A DNA stretch of 20,000 nucleotides, from positions 44,118 through 64,117 of the forward strand of contig JANNQV010000022.1 in NCBI GenBank assembly GCA_031400935.1, given 5' to 3'. A model generated the notes under the pieces. The model was given only the letters and a program-made list of their open reading frames with translations. It was not told the origin of the DNA and ran no database searches. Shown here piece after piece: positions 1 to 6,506 of this stretch; positions within the stretch are counted from its first letter, which is position 1, and the number at the start of each line of letters is the position of its first letter. This DNA is from Armatimonadota bacterium (lineage in GTDB: Bacteria > Armatimonadota > Fimbriimonadia > Fimbriimonadales > Fimbriimonadaceae). The translations under genes were made by a program, and so were the position numbers.

Positions 1-42
1 TGGTTGTTGGTTGTGGATTTCGGCAGAGAGCGGATTTTAGTT

Positions 43-133
43 AACCGATAACTGACAACCGCTAACTGATAACTATCAACTGCCAACTCCTTATCGCCAA
101 CAGATATCTGACAACCAACAACCAATAACTAAA
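43..133. repeat. Degenerate heptamer tandem array (13 in-phase units, AACYRAY-like; STRR-like)
   Basis: AACCGAT AACTGAC AACCGCT AACTGAT AACTATC AACTGCC AACTCCT TATCGCC AACAGAT ATCTGAC AACCAAC AACCAAT AACTAAA. Bases 1-14 are the exact reverse complement of 111-124. Confidence 0.85.
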
Positions 134-150
134 AACAACCAATTTCCTCG

Positions 151-156
151 TATACT
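151..156 (+). promoter_or_regulatory. Sigma70-type -10 box (TATACT), probable leaderless promoter of darA
   Basis: TATACT lies 7 nt before GTG164, with no Shine-Dalgarno. Confidence 0.55.
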
Positions 157-163
157 CCTGAAA

Positions 164-493
164 GTGAAACTGGTTTTATGCGTCGCGCATAACCGAGATC
201 GGAATCGCCTTGCTGATGAACTCGTTCAGGCTGGGTATAAATTCACGCTATTTGACTCTATCGGAGGCTTTCTACGAGAGGGCAACGTGACATTCATGGT
301 TGGAGTTGACGACGAGCAGCTGGATTCCATTGTCGCGATGGTGCAATCCAATTGTTGTGTTCGAGAGCAAATTGTGAACTGGATGCCATTAGATGCTTCC
401 GCCGCTGGTGCCTTGATGACTTCACCAGTTAAGGTTCCGGTTGGCGGCGCGGTAATATTTGTGGTCAATGTCGAGCAATTCTTCCACTGCTAG
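164..493 (+). CDS. darA: PII-like cyclic-di-AMP receptor (DarA/PstA, DUF970 family)
   Basis: 109 aa with SIGGFLREGNVTF (family motif STGGFLxxGNTT) and C-terminal VPVGGAVIFV. Upstream of holB, as in the Firmicutes tmk-darA-holB cluster. Confidence 0.88.
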   Translation: MKLVLCVAHNRDRNRLADELVQAGYKFTLFDSIGGFLREGNVTFMVGVDDEQLDSIVAMVQSNCCVREQIVNWMPLDASAAGALMTSPVKVPVGGAVIFVVNVEQFFHC

Positions 494-1370
494 ATTAGAT
501 TCGCTTCAAGGTTTGCATACCGCGAAGCGAATTGTGCTAAGTCTCTTGGAGCCTAGTTCGGAAACCCATGCTGTACTTTTGTACGGTGCATCGGGGTCAG
601 GAAAGACAACGCTGGCAGAAATTCTCGCTCAAGGCTGGCTTTGCTCGCAACCCGCTGAATCGGGAGGTTGTGGCGAATGCCAATCTTGCAAAGCTGTTTT
701 GGATGGGCAAAACTCTGATCTACTTTGGGTTCGGCCGGGTGGTGCTAGTAACACGATTTTGATCAACATGATTGTGGATGGCAAGCCAGTCGAACCTGGA
801 AAGCCAGAAGTGATCCCGATTGAGCGATTCCTCAGAACCATGCCGATATTGTCCCGCAACAAGGTCGTTATCATTGAGGATGCCGACAGGATTTACCACG
901 ATTCTGTTGGATCATTGCTAAAAACTCTTGAAGAGCCGCAGCCGTATGCTCGATTCGCGCTTACTTCTTCTTCTATTGGAAACGTCCGCCCAACTGTTGT
1001 TTCTCGATGCATCTCCATTAAGTGTTCATTGCCTGACGGTTTAAAGAGTTCAATCGGGGACGGCTTAACAAGAACCCGCCGATATGAACTTCTAAATGAA
1101 ATTGACTGCATCGTTGACACATCCATTCGAGGACAAATTGGCCCAGCACTTAGATACTCTGACCAACTGAGAGCGATCGCTGATCGCCTTGCCGAAGCCG
1201 AAACGATGCCAAAACGAAATGCTCAGGCACAAGTTATCGAATATCTTGCGGACTCATTTGCACGTCGAGGCGAGGAAAACAGATGTGCCAAAGCCATTGA
1301 AACCCATCGCAGAGTCGTGATGAATGGGTCGTTTGGCCTCAATCTCGACGCTCTGTTTGCCGGATTTTGA
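468..1370 (+). CDS. holB: DNA polymerase III subunit delta' (compact form)
   Basis: HAVLLYGASGSGKT Walker A, zinc site C-x7-CGECQSC, KVVIIEDAD, LLKTLEEP and VVSRC motifs. ATG468 preferred over TTG459. Confidence 0.85.
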   Translation: MSSNSSTARLDSLQGLHTAKRIVLSLLEPSSETHAVLLYGASGSGKTTLAEILAQGWLCSQPAESGGCGECQSCKAVLDGQNSDLLWVRPGGASNTILINMIVDGKPVEPGKPEVIPIERFLRTMPILSRNKVVIIEDADRIYHDSVGSLLKTLEEPQPYARFALTSSSIGNVRPTVVSRCISIKCSLPDGLKSSIGDGLTRTRRYELLNEIDCIVDTSIRGQIGPALRYSDQLRAIADRLAEAETMPKRNAQAQVIEYLADSFARRGEENRCAKAIETHRRVVMNGSFGLNLDALFAGF

Positions 1371-1432
1371 ACGAGAATTTTGTATTTTTAGGTCAAGAAA
1401 GAGATTCTGCTTGTACAATGTAAGTTGATTCT

Positions 1433-1461
1433 GGAACTTCCCACCATTGCAGATTCGTAAT
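1433..1461 (+). promoter_or_regulatory. Autoregulatory ECF sigma promoter GGAACTT-N16-CGTAAT
   Basis: GGAAC at 1433-1437 and CGTA at 1456-1459, directly upstream of the ECF sigma gene. Fits the general AAC/CGT ECF consensus. Confidence 0.7.
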
Positions 1462-1474
1462 GTAGAGCAATCCC

Positions 1475-2071
1475 ATGATTGGCAGCTTGATTCGACAAAG
1501 AGAAGTCGCAACCGATGAGCGCAATGCGCTCTTTGAAGATTTGTTGCGAAATACATCCCGCCAGGCATACGGCCTGGCTTACCGCTTGACCGGGAGTGCT
1601 CCCGAAGCAGAAGACTTGGTGCAGGAGACCTACCTTCGAGCTTTCAAGTTTTTCTACCGATATGATGATTCGTTGCCGTTTCTGAATTGGATTTGCAGAA
1701 TCATGAGCAATGCTCATATTGATACGGTTCGCAGAAAGACGAAATTGCGAGTCACAAGCATTGACCAGCCAACCGCGTCCGGGTTCCATGCCATAGAAGT
1801 CCCAGATGTGAATTCAAGCCCAGATCGAGTGATGCTTGAGCAAGCCATGGATGAACCAGTCCAAGACTGTTTGAACTTAATGACTTCTGCATTTCGCCAA
1901 GCGGTTCTCCTAGCTGATGTTGAAGGTATGGCTTACGAAGAAATTGCCGAAATGATGAATACGTCCGTTGGAACCGTTCGATCGCGAATTCATCGAGGAC
2001 GAAGGCAACTTCGATCTCTGCTTATAAAGCGGTGTCCAATGTTGGTCGAGGAGGCGTCTTGTGAATTGTAA
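1475..2071 (+). CDS. ECF RNA polymerase sigma factor, resembling actinobacterial SigE
   Basis: Region 2 AYRLTGSAPEAEDLVQETYLRAF and region 4 EGMAYEEIAEMMNTSVGTVRSRIHRGR; 198 aa. Confidence 0.93.
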   Translation: MIGSLIRQREVATDERNALFEDLLRNTSRQAYGLAYRLTGSAPEAEDLVQETYLRAFKFFYRYDDSLPFLNWICRIMSNAHIDTVRRKTKLRVTSIDQPTASGFHAIEVPDVNSSPDRVMLEQAMDEPVQDCLNLMTSAFRQAVLLADVEGMAYEEIAEMMNTSVGTVRSRIHRGRRQLRSLLIKRCPMLVEEASCEL

Positions 2072-2516
2072 ACAGGCTCACTTCAAATTGGATTGCTATT
2101 TGGATGGCGAACTCACGGGAAGCGAGATGCTTGCTTTGCAGAATCATGTTTCAAGGTGTCCTGACTGCAGCCAAGAATTGCAGACCATTCGAATTCTAAA
2201 AGCCGAACTTGCTGGGCTCAACCTCAATCGGCCCAATCCAGGAGTCGATTTTGAAGATCGGCTCGTTGCATGGGTCAATTTGCAAGCTGAACAACAGCCA
2301 GTTGTGAGGCGACGGCGGTTGCAGGCAGCATTTGTCACGACATTGGCTATCGCAGTTGTTGCCATCCTCGGAATTCGGTCTTCTGCTTCGCAACAACATA
2401 TTGCCGAAAAGAATTCCATGAACAAATTCGAACTTGCAAAAGATCAAGCGTACATTTCTGGCGAAGATCCCCTTTCTGGTTCGCCGTTCTTGATGCCAGC
2501 CTCATACAACAAATAG
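2061..2516 (+). CDS. Zinc-binding anti-sigma factor (ZAS/zf-HC2) with one TM helix
   Basis: C...YLDGEL...HVSRCPDC (HxxxCxxC). TM segment AAFVTTLAIAVVAILGI follows an Arg cluster. Overlaps the sigma gene. Confidence 0.9.
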   Translation: MNCKQAHFKLDCYLDGELTGSEMLALQNHVSRCPDCSQELQTIRILKAELAGLNLNRPNPGVDFEDRLVAWVNLQAEQQPVVRRRRLQAAFVTTLAIAVVAILGIRSSASQQHIAEKNSMNKFELAKDQAYISGEDPLSGSPFLMPASYNK

Positions 2517-2517
2517 A

Positions 2518-3717
2518 ATGAAAGTTTTACTACCAGCACTAACGGTTTGTCTAATTGGTGCTCAAATGGCGGATGCCAGCGTGACCCGTCACGCAAGCAT
2601 CCCTGCGGCTACCCGCGCAAAGGACATTCTAAGGAAATTTCTGGCCGAAGGCGAGAAAGTGCCATTGGACGCAATTGTTGTCCAAAGATCGTCATGCAGT
2701 TCGAATTTAAGCTGCCAGTTCAAGTTGCTTCAAGATAGTTCTGGACGCCGAATGTTGGTCGCTGTACAACCGCTCTCTATCCAGGGCCTAGTGTCCTTTG
2801 ATGACGGCCGCCAATGGACGAACTATTTTCCTGACGAGCGGCGAATGGTAGTCATGCCTTCACCTCGAATGGAGCGAGACAACGCTGAGTTTCGAATTCA
2901 GCTTGCATCCCAAAATTACCGGTTCGTTATGGAAACCGCTACGCGAGTCGCTGGGCGATCAGGAGAAGTCATCGTCGTGATTCCTCGGTACTACGGACTC
3001 GCAGCAAAGAAATTTACAATTGACTCTGCCAACGATGTACTTCTTCGAGTCGAAACTATTGAGCGCAACCGAAATCCAGAAACGATTTTTGAAGCGAAAT
3101 CAGTGCAGTTCTTAGCTGACTCTGCAAAATTAAAGTTTTCGCCTGGAAATGACTTTGCGGTTCGTGTCGTCAAGCCGGAAATGCCTGCAAGATTAGCTAA
3201 TGTTTCCCAGGCGAAGGAAATTGTCGGGTTTGTTCCATTTACGTTGCATTCGATGCCATTTGGTTTTTTGTTGCGAGAATCGTCTGCTTTGCAATCTCGG
3301 TCAGGTTCTTACGTAACACAGCGATGGACAGATGGCATTGTTTCAGCGACTCTCTATCAGTTTGCTTCAGGAAGGAATCCGCTTGGCCCCAGCACCGACG
3401 GACTCGATTTTGCACACAACAATGTAACCTTACGGCTGGTTGGTGACATCCCTTATGAAGGGAAACGAATCATGATGGAGCAGATCGCTCGGTCTCTTGG
3501 TAGGACTTTTCGACCTATTCGGGAACTCGGTCCGCTTGTTAACGTGTTACCTCCTAAGAGACTGCCGGAACACGAACCCCAGCCCGAAGCTTCGTTTGAA
3601 ACTGCGTTCGAGCAAATCATTGAGAAGATGAAAGTTGAAATGACCGAGAATTGGATGGTTCGCGGCAAGGAATTCGAAATCAAATTAAGGTTATTAAAGA
3701 ATGAGCAACACAATTAA
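2518..3717 (+). CDS. MucB/RseB-like periplasmic regulator (LolA-like fold)
   Basis: Signal peptide, DDGRQWTNYFPD, NYRF...RVAGRSGEVIVVIPR, IDSANDVLLRVE, MPFGFLL and WTDGIVSATLYQ segments match the MucB/RseB pattern. Lies between anti-sigma and htrA. Confidence 0.72.
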   Translation: MKVLLPALTVCLIGAQMADASVTRHASIPAATRAKDILRKFLAEGEKVPLDAIVVQRSSCSSNLSCQFKLLQDSSGRRMLVAVQPLSIQGLVSFDDGRQWTNYFPDERRMVVMPSPRMERDNAEFRIQLASQNYRFVMETATRVAGRSGEVIVVIPRYYGLAAKKFTIDSANDVLLRVETIERNRNPETIFEAKSVQFLADSAKLKFSPGNDFAVRVVKPEMPARLANVSQAKEIVGFVPFTLHSMPFGFLLRESSALQSRSGSYVTQRWTDGIVSATLYQFASGRNPLGPSTDGLDFAHNNVTLRLVGDIPYEGKRIMMEQIARSLGRTFRPIRELGPLVNVLPPKRLPEHEPQPEASFETAFEQIIEKMKVEMTENWMVRGKEFEIKLRLLKNEQHN

Positions 3718-5293
3718 AACGCCTAAATCGGCTTACATTATTCTTGGAGTTGGAGTCGTGCTTGGCGGTCTCGCAACTGCTTCGATTCTCGGTGGTTACA
3801 CCGTTGGAAAAGCTTATGCACAACGCACTCCAATTAAAGCTGTCGGCAATCTGTCAACTGAAAACATGACAATGCTTCGCAACATGGATGCATCGTTCGC
3901 TGGCTTGGCGGAGTACATCGAACCAGCTGTCGTAAATATCCGAGTCCAATCCAAAGGCGGAACCGACATGCTCGGACAACGGCTAGGGCAAGTTGGCGGA
4001 GAAGGTTCAGGCGTCATCATTCGGCCTGACGGATGGATCCTTACTAACGACCACGTTGTAGGCGGCATGGACAAAGTTACAGTCACTCTCAACGACGGCC
4101 GAGAATTTCCTGGAACTGTCCGACGATCGGACTATAGCGACTTGGCGGTCGTAAAAATTGATGCAAAAGGGCTGCCGAATGTCCAATTTGCCGATAGCAA
4201 CCGAGTCAAACCAGGCCAATTTGCAATCGCAGTCGGATCACCCTTCGGTCTAGAGAATTCAGTAACTATCGGTCACGTTTCAGCGCTCAGTCGAGATTCA
4301 ATGATTGGCGATGCACGAACCGGAACGCAACGCATTTACCCAGATATGATTCAAACGGATGCGGCAATCAACCAAGGCAACTCTGGCGGTCCGCTCCTAG
4401 ACATCGAAGGAAGGGTCATTGGAATCAATACTGCGATCTTTTCAGGGTCCGGCGGGAGCGTTGGAATCGGATTTGCAATTCCGTCAAACCAAGCCAGATT
4501 AACTGCGGAAGCATTGATTGAAAAGGGCAAAATCGTTCGCGGATTCTTTGGCGTTGATCCTATAAACCTCAAAGAATTTCAAAAAACTGAACTAGGCGTT
4601 AGCGATGGCGCACTGATCAAGAGTTTTGGCGAAAGCAATATGACTAGCCCTGCACGAACGGCTGGTTTGAAGGAAGGCGACGTCATCACAAAAATCGGCG
4701 GGCTCATGATCACCAACCATGGCGATCTGCGAAACGCGATGCTTCGATATGGTCCAGGCGAATCTGTGACTGTTGAATACGTTCGCAACAAGGCACGAAA
4801 AACGGTTTCAGTAAAGCTGGTAGCACCTCCAAAGCCTCAAGCGGCACGTGCACCTCAACAACAGGGTGGCGGAAATGAAGACTTGTTCAATTCACCAAAT
4901 GGCAACCCAAATTTCCCTGACCTTAACGAAATGTTTCCTCGTGGCCAAGCAGAACCGCCGGTAGAAGGCAAGGTGCCTCCAGTTCGCGAAGGAAAAGCGA
5001 AACTTGGAGTCGGAATTGACGCTTTGAGCCCTACGAATCGGACTCAGTTCCATGTCCCGGCCAGCCTATCCGGCGTAGTGATCACTAGCGTTGAACCTGG
5101 CTCGGTGGCACACAGGATGGGCCTAAAGATCGGTGATGTGATTCAAAAGATCGGCGATCAAACAATCGCATCTCCAGAAGACGTTTCTAAAGCAATGGCA
5201 AACGTCAAATGGGGAGATAGCAAGCGATTGAAGTATTCCAGGTTTGGCGACAAAATGCAGATGAGCAATGAATCAGACGCAGTCTTTCGTTAG
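3701..5293 (+). CDS. htrA: HtrA/DegP serine protease with two PDZ domains
   Basis: Triad motifs TNDHVV, SDLAVV and GNSGGPL; IQTDAAIN; two PDZ domains (GLKEGDVI, GLKIGDVI); N-terminal hydrophobic anchor. Confidence 0.95.
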   Translation: MSNTIKTPKSAYIILGVGVVLGGLATASILGGYTVGKAYAQRTPIKAVGNLSTENMTMLRNMDASFAGLAEYIEPAVVNIRVQSKGGTDMLGQRLGQVGGEGSGVIIRPDGWILTNDHVVGGMDKVTVTLNDGREFPGTVRRSDYSDLAVVKIDAKGLPNVQFADSNRVKPGQFAIAVGSPFGLENSVTIGHVSALSRDSMIGDARTGTQRIYPDMIQTDAAINQGNSGGPLLDIEGRVIGINTAIFSGSGGSVGIGFAIPSNQARLTAEALIEKGKIVRGFFGVDPINLKEFQKTELGVSDGALIKSFGESNMTSPARTAGLKEGDVITKIGGLMITNHGDLRNAMLRYGPGESVTVEYVRNKARKTVSVKLVAPPKPQAARAPQQQGGGNEDLFNSPNGNPNFPDLNEMFPRGQAEPPVEGKVPPVREGKAKLGVGIDALSPTNRTQFHVPASLSGVVITSVEPGSVAHRMGLKIGDVIQKIGDQTIASPEDVSKAMANVKWGDSKRLKYSRFGDKMQMSNESDAVFR

Positions 5294-5313
5294 GAAAGGA
5301 TAAGGGAAGATAG

Positions 5314-5350
5314 AGAGGATAAGGGACAAAACGTTCCCTTATCCTCTTTT
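5314..5350. terminator. Hairpin between convergent htrA and fur, probable terminator
   Basis: Perfect 13-bp stem AGAGGATAAGGGA (5314-5326) / TCCCTTATCCTCT (5335-5347) followed by a T run. Confidence 0.6.
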
Positions 5351-5372
5351 CTTTTATCCCTTTTCCATCATC

Positions 5373-5780
5373 CTATTCCGCAAGGCAATGCCGGCAAACG
5401 CCAAGTATCTCAATGTGTAACTCGGCAGCCTGGAATCCTTGAGTTGCAGCACGATTGGTCATCTCCTCGCTCGAATTGAGGGGCATTGCGTGCTCCGTGA
5501 CGCACCCGCAAACTTTGCAGACCAAGTGCTCGGCATAGTGCCCGGCTTTGTGATCCGAGCGGCAAGCATAGTAAGCGTCAAGCACTCCAATGTGATGTAC
5601 GAGCCCAACATCGAGCAAGGTCTGCAATATCCGGTAAACGCTAACCAAATCAATCCTACCTCCCGATTTTGCGATTTTCTCGTGGATTGAATTTGGAGCG
5701 AGGGCGCTTCGGGTTTTTGCTAAGGTGCGGATTACTTGGATTCGAGTATTTGTGATCCGAAATCCACGCAATTGAAGCAC
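5373..5780 (-). CDS. Fur-family metal-dependent transcriptional regulator (start may lie further upstream)
   Basis: GFRITNTR, IDLVSVYRIL HTH, HYAEHLVCKVCG and GVCRHC (two CxxC). GGAGG lies 8 nt before the GTG. Confidence 0.9.
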   Translation of the reverse strand: MLQLRGFRITNTRIQVIRTLAKTRSALAPNSIHEKIAKSGGRIDLVSVYRILQTLLDVGLVHHIGVLDAYYACRSDHKAGHYAEHLVCKVCGCVTEHAMPLNSSEEMTNRAATQGFQAAELHIEILGVCRHCLAE

Positions 5781-5867
5781 TCGAATTGCCTCCGAGACAA
5801 AGGCTTCCGCTTCGTTAGACTCGATATGGTTGCAGGATTTGTCTTCGATAAGTTGCCTCAGAGGAGA

Positions 5868-5896
5868 ATTGTAACCGATTGTCTTAGGTTCAACAA
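5868..5896 (-). promoter_or_regulatory. Sigma70-type promoter for the fur-family gene, TTGTTG-N17-TACAAT
   Basis: -35 at 5896-5891 and -10 at 5873-5868 on the minus strand. Confidence 0.5.
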
Positions 5897-5988
5897 ACGC
5901 AAAGAGAACTATTTTTTGAAAAAATTCACGTTCATTTGAAGCGGAAAACGCTTTTTCTGCGTCATTCGTTACAGCAAATGCAATAAAG

Positions 5989-6006
5989 TAGGTTCAAATG
6001 AACCTA
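5989..6006. promoter_or_regulatory. Palindromic operator-like site TAGGTTCA-AA-TGAACCTA
   Basis: Perfect 8-bp inverted repeat over the -35 position of an extended -10 (TGcTAAGCT, 6012-6020). The half-site recurs at 5885-5892. Confidence 0.5.
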
Positions 6007-6082
6007 AGGTGTGCTAAGCTAAAGCTGTGCAAACTACCAGGCAATAAAAAGCTAGGGCGTTTGTACCGGCTATGGAGGAAAA

Positions 6083-6277
6083 ATGAAGTTTTACAACCTA
6101 AAAACTCGATCACACGTAGACGTACCGGAAACTTCGGTGCGAAAATTAAAAATGACCCGAAAAACAAAGACGGGCACTCAGACTCGCTATGCTTTGACTG
6201 CCGAACACGAAGGCACTAAGCTGTTCAAATTCGTAAATGAAGCTGATTACAAAGCTTCCTCGGCCAAAGAAGCGTAA
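6083..6277 (+). CDS. Small basic protein, candidate DNA-binding/nucleoid protein (CC1/DUF5679-like)
   Basis: Strong SD (GGAGG), own promoter and terminator. Lys/Arg/Thr-rich 64 aa with KFYNLK...RYALTAEHEGTKLFKFV. Confidence 0.75.
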   Translation: MKFYNLKTRSHVDVPETSVRKLKMTRKTKTGTQTRYALTAEHEGTKLFKFVNEADYKASSAKEA

Positions 6278-6296
6278 ATCGCTTTTCTTTAAAAAT

Positions 6297-6325
6297 GGGC
6301 AGATTCTTTTGAGTCTGCCCCTTTT
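6297..6325 (+). terminator. Rho-independent terminator
   Basis: GGGCAGATTC-TTTT-GAGTCTGCCC stem followed by CTTTT, 20 nt after the stop codon. Confidence 0.75.
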
Positions 6326-6421
6326 GCTGTCAGAGCTATCTAGATTGTGGGACGCATTCGTCACAAAGGTCTCATAAGTCCTAATAGGTCATATTGAGTT
6401 TGGGAATTGGAAGAGCGGACA

Positions 6422-6470
6422 ACCCAACAACTGATAACCAATAACCAATAACCAATAACCAACAACCAAA
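6422..6470. repeat. Heptamer tandem array (7 units, AACCAAT type)
   Basis: ACCCAAC AACTGAT AACCAAT AACCAAT AACCAAT AACCAAC AACCAAA; same family as 43-133. Confidence 0.85.
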
Positions 6471-6472
6471 AG

Positions 6473-6498
6473 TGAACGCTTTGCACTCCGATCCGTCT
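6473..6498 (+). promoter_or_regulatory. Candidate ECF promoter TGAAC-N16-CGTC for DUF1800
   Basis: TGAAC at 6473-6477, CGTC at 6494-6497, ATG 9 nt later with no SD. Confidence 0.45.
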
Positions 6499-6506
6499 GT
6501 ACCCGC

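Noticed and set aside
5998..6219. 73-aa alternative-frame ORF
   Set aside because: No SD, starts inside the promoter palindrome, and overlaps the better-supported 6083-6277 gene.
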